Shown here: in pieces, positions 10,447 through 18,297 of the stretch
Layout: each line of letters starts with the position of its first letter
Numbering within the stretch: position 1 is the stretch's first letter
Sequence record: NC_031107.2
Strand: one strand, 5' to 3'
DNA: 64,000 nt
Notes under the pieces: generated by a model
What the model saw: the letters and a program-made list of their open reading frames with translations, nothing else
Database searches by the model: none
What the model was told of the DNA's origin: nothing
Position numbers and translations under genes: made by a program

Positions 10447-11433
10447 ATGGCCTTAAAACTTAAATGGAAGAACCCGAACAAGGGTACTACGACCATTGAC
10501 ATTTATCGTGGCACTACACCCAATGTAGACTTGACCACGCCTTTAGTTACGCTTTCCAACGGTGAGTTGGAATACATCGACACCACAGCCCTTTTTGACC
10601 AGACTTACTACTACGTTTGGGCAGTGAATACTGCTAACGACCGAGTAGTATCTCGCCCGCAGAAAATCGAAGTTACTGACCGTCGTGGTCCAGGCAGTAA
10701 CGTTCTGTTACAAGGTAACGAAGACTATGGCTTCTACGGTACGGTAACGTCTGCAGACTTTGTCAGCTCTGCCCCGATTGTAGCAGCCGCAAAAACACAA
10801 ACCGGGCTGCCCACTGGGGTACTTTACCCGCTCTGGTATAAATTTACCCGCAAAGGTAAAATCCTGTTTGTCCCGAATGTGACTTTTGGCAAATTCAACT
10901 GGAACACTCTGTACAATGCCGGGTTGATTTTTGGCACAAACGACACTGGGCCGAAAGATGCTGGTACAGTAAATCAGCTGGTTACCGTGGATGTGAACGG
11001 GGACTTGTTCCTGGTGCGTTGCCCGACCGGATACCCAGAAGGAATGACCTGGGACGGAGGTAACCTTACTGAGCTGGACAGTTTAGCTGGGGCGGAAACT
11101 CATTATTGCGAGTACGATGACTTGATGTTACCAATTCTCCCGTTCACGCCTGCGCGTCAACGCATGGTGACTATTGGGAATGAACCGTATAGCAACTTTT
11201 TCCTGTCACTGTACGNATCCACTGCCGAACTCACGACCGGAGTCTGCTGCAAGGAGTTCGTCGACCCTACCTACGTTCTGGTACGTGGGGGTGGATGGGA
11301 CAACCGCTATGCGACGCCTGACCGCAATTATGCACGCAAAGCCCAACGAATCGCCCGAACCACGGGTAACATGTGGTGGCCGGTGTTAGAGTATGTTGGC
11401 CGTACTGATGAAGTTGATCTGTCCAAATTGTAA
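10447..11433 (+). CDS. Virion protein, cassette gene B3 (328 aa; one ambiguous base at 11216)
   Basis: Paralogue of B1/B2. Confidence 0.7.
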   Translation: MALKLKWKNPNKGTTTIDIYRGTTPNVDLTTPLVTLSNGELEYIDTTALFDQTYYYVWAVNTANDRVVSRPQKIEVTDRRGPGSNVLLQGNEDYGFYGTVTSADFVSSAPIVAAAKTQTGLPTGVLYPLWYKFTRKGKILFVPNVTFGKFNWNTLYNAGLIFGTNDTGPKDAGTVNQLVTVDVNGDLFLVRCPTGYPEGMTWDGGNLTELDSLAGAETHYCEYDDLMLPILPFTPARQRMVTIGNEPYSNFFLSLYXSTAELTTGVCCKEFVDPTYVLVRGGGWDNRYATPDRNYARKAQRIARTTGNMWWPVLEYVGRTDEVDLSKL

Positions 11434-11443
11434 GGAGTAGATA

Positions 11444-12340
11444 ATGGGTATTACTATCAACTGGGATGACCAGACAGATCAGCAGCTGGATGCCATCGAA
11501 GTCTACCGTAGCGACGCGGTTATTAATCCAAATAATCCCGGCACCCCATTAGCAACACTGCCAGGCACTGCCCGCAGCTATGAAGACACCACGGTAAAAG
11601 TCGGTAACACCTACTTCTACACAGTGGCCGTGGTAAAAGGCGGTAACCGTTCGTTTGGGGCCAGTCAGTCACAAGGTTATTTCTCTAACCTGGGCCCTGG
11701 TCCACAACGGGTAATTCGTGGTGATTGGGTGCGGGGCTATTTTGGGGAGATTATGAACGTCGATTGGGTCAGTCCGGTCGACGTTGTCACTAAAATCAAG
11801 GCAGCGCTGAAATCCACCGCAGGTCTGACATTCGTCACGAGTTCTGACCGTTGGCACAAATTCATTTACAAAGGGAAGATCTTCTTCGCTCCCTCGACAC
11901 GAATGATTTATTCCACCTACCAGAACGCCTATAATGCCGGGTTCTTGTTTGGCGAAGACGGCGTAGGACATTTACCTACGGGTGATGCCGGTACGGTGAA
12001 CCAGAAAACCGTAATTGAAATTAACGGTTATCAGTTCCTGGTCCGCCCTATTCGCATGACCGATAAACCAACGACGCAGTACCTGACTTCTGCCGATGAC
12101 TTCCTCAATGGCGAATGGAAAAGTACCTTTGCGCGGTTACGTCTGGACGCAAACGCCATGGTTGACCCTACGGTCTTGCCCCGTTTTAGCGATTACTCAA
12201 GCATTGATTATTGTGGTGGGCCACATCTCGCTGACGCGAATAATTGTGCTACCGCAAACTCTGGTAATCCGGAACTGCTGGCAACCACGGTAAAAACCAG
12301 TAACATCAACTGGTGTATCGTCCTGGAATTATTGCCTTAA
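11444..12340 (+). CDS. Virion protein, cassette gene C3 (298 aa)
   Basis: Paralogue of C1/C2; ends LELLP. Confidence 0.7.
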   Translation: MGITINWDDQTDQQLDAIEVYRSDAVINPNNPGTPLATLPGTARSYEDTTVKVGNTYFYTVAVVKGGNRSFGASQSQGYFSNLGPGPQRVIRGDWVRGYFGEIMNVDWVSPVDVVTKIKAALKSTAGLTFVTSSDRWHKFIYKGKIFFAPSTRMIYSTYQNAYNAGFLFGEDGVGHLPTGDAGTVNQKTVIEINGYQFLVRPIRMTDKPTTQYLTSADDFLNGEWKSTFARLRLDANAMVDPTVLPRFSDYSSIDYCGGPHLADANNCATANSGNPELLATTVKTSNINWCIVLELLP

Positions 12341-12344
12341 GCCG

Positions 12345-12382
12345 TACCCTCTCGCCTTCGGGTGGGAGGGTATTCTTTTTTT
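12345..12382 (+). terminator. Intrinsic terminator closing the cassette block
   Basis: TACCCTCTCGCC-TTCG-GGTGGGAGGGTA then TTCTTTTTTT. Confidence 0.8.
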
Positions 12383-12427
12383 ACAGACATGGTATGAACC
12401 ATTGTTGTTAGTTATAAGGAGGCCATT

Positions 12428-13027
12428 GTGGCTGCTGTTGCTCGTTTTAGTAAAGAAGGTATTATCCGTGCGAAGACTGCGATTGAAGCAGGCTACGTGA
12501 ACAACCCTAACGACCTGGGTGGCGAAACCAATCACGGGATTACCATCGCGACTGCACGCGAGTTCGGGTACAAAGGCAACATGCGTGACCTGACTGTCGA
12601 GCAAGCGCTGGACATCTATGACCGTGGATGGTGGCAGCGTATGCGTCTTGACCAGATTCTGGCCATGAACGTGATGCTGGCAGACCGTCTGTTCGACTTT
12701 GGTATCAATGCCGGTCGTGCTAACGCCATCAAATCGCTGCAGCGTATCCTGAACGTATTGAACCGTCAAGGGAAACTCTACTCAGACATTGATGCCGATG
12801 GCGGGATTGGGCAGCTGACCCTGACCGCGCTGGCAGGCTTTATCAAAGCGCGTGGTGCCGACGGCCTGAACCGTCTGATGTTCGCCCTGACTTGTCACCA
12901 GGTTTCCTACTACACGGAAATCAGTGAGAAGCGCGTGCAGAACGAAGAGTTCACGTACGGCTGGTATGACCGCGTGTACCGCGAAATGCCGGACTATGTG
13001 GCAGAGCTCGGGATGTGCTCAAAATGA
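12428..13027 (+). CDS. Endolysin, glycoside hydrolase family 108 with C-terminal peptidoglycan-binding domain (199 aa)
   Basis: EAGYVNNPNDLGGETNHGIT catalytic motif, FDFGINAG, DG.IG..TL; GTG start after AAGGAGG. Confidence 0.9.
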   Translation: MAAVARFSKEGIIRAKTAIEAGYVNNPNDLGGETNHGITIATAREFGYKGNMRDLTVEQALDIYDRGWWQRMRLDQILAMNVMLADRLFDFGINAGRANAIKSLQRILNVLNRQGKLYSDIDADGGIGQLTLTALAGFIKARGADGLNRLMFALTCHQVSYYTEISEKRVQNEEFTYGWYDRVYREMPDYVAELGMCSK

Positions 13028-13128
13028 AAACCAACTGGTTCGTCACGCTGATGCGTGCAGTTGGACGTGCTCTGTTATTTGCGTTGCGGAGAAAACGTCA
13101 TGAAAAACCCGAAGGTGGAAAAGCCTGA
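13024..13128 (+). CDS. Cationic amphipathic micro-peptide 1 (34 aa, MKTNWFVTLMRAVGRALLFALRRKRHEKPEGGKA)
   Basis: Hand-translated; ATGA overlap with the endolysin stop. Confidence 0.45.
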   Translation: MKTNWFVTLMRAVGRALLFALRRKRHEKPEGGKA

Positions 13129-13183
13129 CTCAGGCTTCCTGAAATTGTTGCGCGCTATTCTCTTTCGCAGGGTGGTGCAGTAG
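13115..13183 (+). CDS. Cationic amphipathic micro-peptide 2 (22 aa, MEKPDSGFLKLLRAILFRRVVQ)
   Basis: Hand-translated; GTG start overlapping peptide 1; stop 7 nt before next ATG; weak RBS. Confidence 0.3.
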   Translation: MEKPDSGFLKLLRAILFRRVVQ

Positions 13184-13190
13184 GCAGTGT

Positions 13191-13832
13191 ATGGAAAAGT
13201 TAAATTATAAAGTGTTGGATAAACCGTGGTTCGTTCTCACGGATGATTTCCATTTCGCGTTTACACTGCGATCGCTTTATCGTGACGTGAGCGGACTGGA
13301 TGAAATGGTACGGTTGTCTGGGGTACATCCGGACAAAGAACTGTACGTGACTGCACCGAAAGGATTTGTGACTGACATGGCCAGCATCCCGGAAGCGCTC
13401 CAACCTATCCTGCATCCGGATGGGCCGTGGGCCGCTGCGGCTTGCGTCCATGATTTGTTCTATCAGAAATGCAGCAGCCCTGGAGTGTATCCACTGGGTG
13501 ATGCTGGGGACATTTCCCGTGTGGTCAACAAAGACTTCGCGGATTTAATGTTCCTGCGGATTATGGAAGCGTTGAATGTTGAACGTTTTATCCGGTTGTC
13601 ATTCTACGAGGCGGTACGCCAATTTGGCTGGCCATCTTACACGGATGATAACAGCCGTGTGGTGTATAAGCACGGTGTGGAAAAAACGCTTAGCTACAAC
13701 CGCAACTACCTGTTTATTCGTGACCAGGTAGAAGTCGCCATTCCTGACCATGAACGTGTGGATATCACCAACGGCCAATCGGTTAATGTTAAGTATTTAA
13801 ACATTAAACGGGCCTTCCTGACCCTCGAATAG
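13191..13832 (+). CDS. DUF1353-family protein (213 aa)
   Basis: GFVTDMASIP...AACVHDLFY...AD.MF...M motif. Confidence 0.8.
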   Translation: MEKLNYKVLDKPWFVLTDDFHFAFTLRSLYRDVSGLDEMVRLSGVHPDKELYVTAPKGFVTDMASIPEALQPILHPDGPWAAAACVHDLFYQKCSSPGVYPLGDAGDISRVVNKDFADLMFLRIMEALNVERFIRLSFYEAVRQFGWPSYTDDNSRVVYKHGVEKTLSYNRNYLFIRDQVEVAIPDHERVDITNGQSVNVKYLNIKRAFLTLE

Positions 13833-13904
13833 TTTGTAAGGTCATTTATCATCTTACGGATTAAAAGCGCTTAGAACGCGTTCTAGGAGCTTACAGAGGG
13901 CAAA

Positions 13905-13950
13905 TAAAGAAAGAACTACCCACTCCTTTGCGGAAGTGGGTAGTTTCTTT
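13905..13950. terminator. Bidirectional terminator between convergent genes
   Basis: AAGAACTACCCACT...AGTGGGTAGTTTCTT with A-run before and T-run after. Confidence 0.7.
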
Positions 13951-14465
13951 TATTTCGCGTCGACTTTGTCTGTCGTTTCGCTTGGAGACGGTGTGATAAG
14001 TACCGGCACTGTAGGGGTATCAACTGGCCCTACTGTGCAGCGGAAGAATGTCATACCACTTCCATTTCCTGTCAACGGATTGACCGTAGAATAATCAAAC
14101 GACGGCGAACCTGTCAGTAGCCCGTTTGTTCGATAGAAGCGTTTTCCTGACACCGTATCGATGTTGCCATCAATCTTGCCAAGCAAATCTTTATACAGCT
14201 GGGGTGCTTCTAATTTACCGCCTTCCCAGGTTGCCACCCAGTTAGCGCCGACATCCATAACCGTAACCGCACGAGGCATCACAGCAATAGACGTAACAAC
14301 AGGACGGTAATCAACAAATTGGGTTTCCACGCCTGTACAGGTGTAGATGACCATGTCGTGGTTGGTTACCGGCACAGTAGAGAACTGGCCGTTATCGTTG
14401 GCTTTCATTGCACAACCTGAAAGCATGACGATAAATGCGAGCACGCACATAAGGTGCTTGGTCAT
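13950..14465 (-). CDS. Predicted lipoprotein (171 aa)
   Basis: Basic N-terminus, hydrophobic core, lipobox LSGC at Cys18. Confidence 0.75.
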   Translation of the reverse strand: MTKHLMCVLAFIVMLSGCAMKANDNGQFSTVPVTNHDMVIYTCTGVETQFVDYRPVVTSIAVMPRAVTVMDVGANWVATWEGGKLEAPQLYKDLLGKIDGNIDTVSGKRFYRTNGLLTGSPSFDYSTVNPLTGNGSGMTFFRCTVGPVDTPTVPVLITPSPSETTDKVDAK

Positions 14466-14602
14466 GATGGGATTCCTGTTAGGTGAAAAGGTTGATTTTT
14501 ATTTCCCGACAATACGATGGATTGTCATATAAACCTAATAATAGCGTGATTTTTATTTGTGTTCTTATGCACCCCAAATGCGTTTAAAAAGGAAATAGAC
14601 CC

Positions 14603-15139
14603 ATGGCTACATCTGCTAAGGCTCAATTGATTGCACTGTTTAACACTGCTAACGCCTCCCTGCCTCAGGCACTGGCCGAAGCAGACGTTACGTTTGGTGC
14701 TGTTGCAGCTTATACTCCGGCTGACGGCGGCGACACGCGTAACTCTAAACTCACCCTGACCGCGGTTGCCGAAAGCACCCACTTCACCGGTGAGAAAGAA
14801 CTGCACTATACTCGTCTGGCTGCAAGCATCGTTGGCGCGAAAGCGGTCACCGATGACCAGGCTGACTGGGATACGGATGCAGAAGTGTTGGCGTTCCTGA
14901 ACGCTGACGTTACGGCTGCCGGAAATACGGTTGACCAGTTCGCACTGTCCGAGCTGACCATCACCCGTACCGATGGCGCGGATGCCGACGCTGGTAAGAA
15001 AATTATCAAAGTCGACATCAAAGATGGTCACATCAAGTTCCTCGCCGGAACCCTGGCGACCTACACCATTACGCAAGAAATCACTAAAACTGACCTCAGC
15101 ACTACTGACGGTGAGCTCAACGGTTTCTCCGCTTCTTAA
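14603..15139 (+). CDS. Small virion protein with shared N module and C-terminal DGELNGF tag (178 aa)
   Basis: DTRNSKL..FTG.KELHY.RL; ends TDLSTTDGELNGFSAS. Confidence 0.7.
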   Translation: MATSAKAQLIALFNTANASLPQALAEADVTFGAVAAYTPADGGDTRNSKLTLTAVAESTHFTGEKELHYTRLAASIVGAKAVTDDQADWDTDAEVLAFLNADVTAAGNTVDQFALSELTITRTDGADADAGKKIIKVDIKDGHIKFLAGTLATYTITQEITKTDLSTTDGELNGFSAS

Positions 15140-15151
15140 TGGTTTAAAACT

Positions 15152-15181
15152 CGGGAGGACCTTAGGGTCTTCCCGCTTTTT
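15152..15181 (+). terminator. Intrinsic terminator
   Basis: CGGGAGGACC-TTAG-GGTCTTCCCG then CTTTTT. Confidence 0.75.
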
Positions 15182-15207
15182 ATTTTGTTTACCTCATGGA
15201 GTGAAGT

Positions 15208-15714
15208 ATGGCTAAGACGTTAGAAGAACTGTTTGTCGATATGATCAACGAAGTAAACCCAGACCTTGGGTTGACACTCGCGGACGTCACTTTCGGTGCG
15301 CCTTCCGAATACACCCCCACGGATTCTGGGGACACCCGCAACACGTCTTTGACCCTGACGGCCAAGGCGGACAGTGAACGGTTTACAGGTAGCAAAGCAT
15401 ACCATTATTTTCGGTTTAACTTCACCCATCCGAATGGGGCAGACACCCCAACGTTGACGACATCAGACTTACCAAGCTTGTGGGAGGACGATGCACAGGC
15501 GTTATCGGTGATCAACTTGATGTTACCGAACTACAAACTCAGTAGCAGCGAAATCACTGTGACGCGCGTGGTCGTGGACGATAAGAATACCGATATCCGC
15601 ATCACGATTAACCCTAACCATCTGAAATGGCACGGGGTGTTTGTTACCCGTGTCGTTAATGAAGGGAAGATTAACTTGCAGTGGCGTAACGCCGAGTTAG
15701 GTGGATTCAGTTAA
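15208..15714 (+). CDS. Small virion protein, paralogue of 14603 (168 aa)
   Basis: DVTFGA..YTP.D.GDTRN shared with 14603; ends NAELGGFS. Confidence 0.7.
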   Translation: MAKTLEELFVDMINEVNPDLGLTLADVTFGAPSEYTPTDSGDTRNTSLTLTAKADSERFTGSKAYHYFRFNFTHPNGADTPTLTTSDLPSLWEDDAQALSVINLMLPNYKLSSSEITVTRVVVDDKNTDIRITINPNHLKWHGVFVTRVVNEGKINLQWRNAELGGFS

Positions 15715-15763
15715 AAAGAAAAAGACCTACTACCGTTATCGGGTAGTAGGTCAGTTTTATTTT
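15715..15763. terminator. Bidirectional terminator ending the radical SAM operon (-) and the 15208 gene (+)
   Basis: GACCTACTACC...GGTAGTAGGTC flanked by A-run and T-run. Confidence 0.75.
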
Positions 15764-15768
15764 ACCGC

Positions 15769-16425
15769 TTACAGCAAGCCGTTCTCAGTCGCTACCGATT
15801 TAATGCCGGTAAAGTCCTGTGCCTCGGCCAACGTGCGGATTTTGCGCTTAAGTTCAGTCATCGACGCAAACAGCTGGGCGTCACGCTCAACAATCGCCGC
15901 CAGTACCGCTTTACACGCTGCCAAATCGAAGTTATCGAGATGGTTGTTCTGTGCATCCACCCAATACTCCGGGGCAATGTCTGCCTGGATGTATTTGGCT
16001 AAAGCCGAGCGTGATTTCTCATCGGCCTGCAACACCACACCCTGGAACATCAGGTTGGAGTGACGTTCCTCTTCGTACTTCTCAGCCAGTCGCGTATAGA
16101 TAGGCTGAATCTCTTGATAGAGATAGTTTACCGTCGAGGTCAAGCCTTTGCGGATTTCATCCAACGGCAACTCCAGCACCTTCTCAATAAACTCTTTGGC
16201 CTTACGCAACGTGAACTGGGCTTCCGGTTCACTGAGGTCGTACTCACGCAGCTTTTTCAAGGCTGCTTTATCGGACACCCCGTTTAACAGATGATAGTGA
16301 AGCAGAGTACAATACCCCTGCTTGGTCTCATCGTCTTTCGCCAGAATGTTAACATAGTTACCATGCCGGTCAATGGGGGTACCGAATTCGAAGTAACGGG
16401 CTTTTATCTCGTCATTACTAAGCAT
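15769..16425 (-). CDS. Putative tail-fibre-associated protein with DUF4376-like C-terminus (218 aa)
   Basis: C-terminal LQADEKSRSAL...WVDAQNN...L...L.AI..R....F pattern resembles DUF4376 proteins found beside phage fibre genes. Confidence 0.55.
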   Translation of the reverse strand: MLSNDEIKARYFEFGTPIDRHGNYVNILAKDDETKQGYCTLLHYHLLNGVSDKAALKKLREYDLSEPEAQFTLRKAKEFIEKVLELPLDEIRKGLTSTVNYLYQEIQPIYTRLAEKYEEERHSNLMFQGVVLQADEKSRSALAKYIQADIAPEYWVDAQNNHLDNFDLAACKAVLAAIVERDAQLFASMTELKRKIRTLAEAQDFTGIKSVATENGLL

Positions 16426-16994
16426 TCAGATTCTCCTGCTAACCCGAGGTCCATCAGCAGACCGAAGTCAACCAGTTGGAAGTGCTCAGACAGCTCCTCC
16501 CCCCAGATGAACTTCATCTTCTCTGCCAAGTCCCCGTTCTGTTCCTGGAAGACAAAGGTCTGGTGCATTTCTTCACCAAACGAATCGAACTGATGATTGG
16601 AGCGTAGGGCACGCACACGAATCCCAACGAGGTCAGCGGCGTCTGGATTCTCCGGGTCAGCCCAGTTTAACGCCAGACCAATCAGGTTATCCACATCCAG
16701 GTTCTGCGTAGAACGACGCAGGATTTCGATTTTGTGGCGCGGGAATTCCGCAACACGCTGTTCGAAGCCCGGATTACGCTTCTCCACTTGCTCAATGGAA
16801 TTGTGGGTTTTCTCAACCCCGTCCAGCGGCAGAATGACGTTCAGCCCGAAGCGTACGCACAGACGACGCACTTCATCAGTGAACGCGTCCGGCTCCACAA
16901 TAGCGTGGATGTTGTACATGCCGTGCTTTTGCATAAACGCGGCAACAAGGTGAAGATTACGCTTCGTAAAATTGTGAATCAGCAACGACTTCAT
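16404..16994 (-). CDS. Hypothetical accessory protein of the radical SAM cluster (196 aa)
   Basis: ATG after TAGGAG; overlaps both neighbours. Confidence 0.65.
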   Translation of the reverse strand: MKSLLIHNFTKRNLHLVAAFMQKHGMYNIHAIVEPDAFTDEVRRLCVRFGLNVILPLDGVEKTHNSIEQVEKRNPGFEQRVAEFPRHKIEILRRSTQNLDVDNLIGLALNWADPENPDAADLVGIRVRALRSNHQFDSFGEEMHQTFVFQEQNGDLAEKMKFIWGEELSEHFQLVDFGLLMDLGLAGESECLVMTR

Positions 16995-18297
16995 TCGCTG
17001 GTGCTCCTAATTGGGTTTTCTCGGCTGCCTCTTTACGGGCACGTACACAGGACACGCAGTAGCATTGTGACCTGTCGTTCAGATCGGTATAACGGGTGGT
17101 ACCGGTTTTCTGGTAGAAGTATTCCGCAACCAGCAGTTTCGCGGTTGTCCAACCACACTGGCGACGTTCAGCGTGATAGGCTTTGCGGTCTTCCATCTCC
17201 CCGTCACCGTTCTCGTATGATGCCGCGGCACAACTACCACACGCGTGCTTCATCGGACAACCCAGGCAGGTTTCTGGGTAGTTGGTGTACTGTGTTTGGA
17301 TTTCGTTCAACAACTTATTGTTGTCGATGTTCACGATTTCACGCCCGCGCAGTTCAGCGATGGCCTGACGGGTGGTGACCGTGGACATAAAGCGGTTGCA
17401 GCCGTAAATCTTGCGGTCGAAGCCCAGACAGGTCATGTGGGTTACGGTACCGCAGAACGGACGGACGCGCTCCGGGTTCAGACGCGTTGCTTCGTCGTCC
17501 AGGAGCTTTTGACGCCAGTCCGGGTCCCAGGTGGCCATAAAGTCCAGGCCGTCCGGGAAGATGTGAGTCAGACGGTTACGTGGGTCTTTCTCGAAACCTT
17601 TCTCAAACCAGTAGTCAATCACGTCCATCATCTGGAGTGCAATTGACATCGCCATGGTACGTGGCAGAATGTCTTCGTACGTCACGTTACCCGAGATGGT
17701 ACCACCGCCGGTGACATCCATCAGGTGCTTCATGGACTCAGCGTACTTCGGCAGGGTTTCAGAGGTAAAGGTTGCCTTGATACCCAGCTCCAGGATACCG
17801 ACCGATTTCAGGTAGTTATACCCGCGCATGGCTTTTTCGTACGACCCTTCACGCGTGGTGGTGAAGATACGGTAACGGTCGTGAACTTCTGGCAGGCCAT
17901 CGATAGACACACCGATGGACAGCTTGTCACGCCACCGCTCGATAATCTCACGGTTCAGTGGCTTATCGAACAATGTCCCGTTGGTCGAGATAGAGAAGAT
18001 GACATCGCGGTTATCACGCTTCGCCAGTTCTTCAGCCGTTTCAAACACCGCTTTCAGAATCTTCGGCTGCATCATCGGCTCACCACCGATAATGTCAATG
18101 ATAACCTCGACGTTGGTCAAGTGACGATCGCGGTCGAAACACGCATGAATGAAGTCTACTGCGTCATCGACTTTATTGTTACGCGGATATTTACGCTCGT
18201 AGCAATATTCACAGTCGAGGTTACAGGAGAGGTTGGTCACCACCTGGTAGGTTTTGGTGATTTTAGGCTCTTGAGCCGGTGCTTTAGTATCACGCAT
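16957..18297 (-). CDS. Radical SAM/SPASM peptide maturase (446 aa)
   Basis: CNLDCEYC (CxxxCxxC), IIGGEP, SISTNG, VSIDG..EVHD..R; SPASM Cys set C..C..GC / CxxCx5CxxC / C; extra C-terminal CYCVSC. Confidence 0.92.
   Translation of the reverse strand: MRDTKAPAQEPKITKTYQVVTNLSCNLDCEYCYERKYPRNNKVDDAVDFIHACFDRDRHLTNVEVIIDIIGGEPMMQPKILKAVFETAEELAKRDNRDVIFSISTNGTLFDKPLNREIIERWRDKLSIGVSIDGLPEVHDRYRIFTTTREGSYEKAMRGYNYLKSVGILELGIKATFTSETLPKYAESMKHLMDVTGGGTISGNVTYEDILPRTMAMSIALQMMDVIDYWFEKGFEKDPRNRLTHIFPDGLDFMATWDPDWRQKLLDDEATRLNPERVRPFCGTVTHMTCLGFDRKIYGCNRFMSTVTTRQAIAELRGREIVNIDNNKLLNEIQTQYTNYPETCLGCPMKHACGSCAAASYENGDGEMEDRKAYHAERRQCGWTTAKLLVAEYFYQKTGTTRYTDLNDRSQCYCVSCVRARKEAAEKTQLGAPANEVVADSQFYEA

Noticed and set aside
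2176-12340. Diversity-generating retroelement acting on the variable lectin-like domains
   Set aside because: No reverse transcriptase and no near-identical template/variable repeat pair with adenine-specific mismatches seen in this window; one elsewhere in the genome cannot be excluded.
13872-13885. Perfect 14-bp palindrome TAGAACGCGTTCTA
   Set aside because: Single copy next to a terminator; no second instance or associated regulator found.
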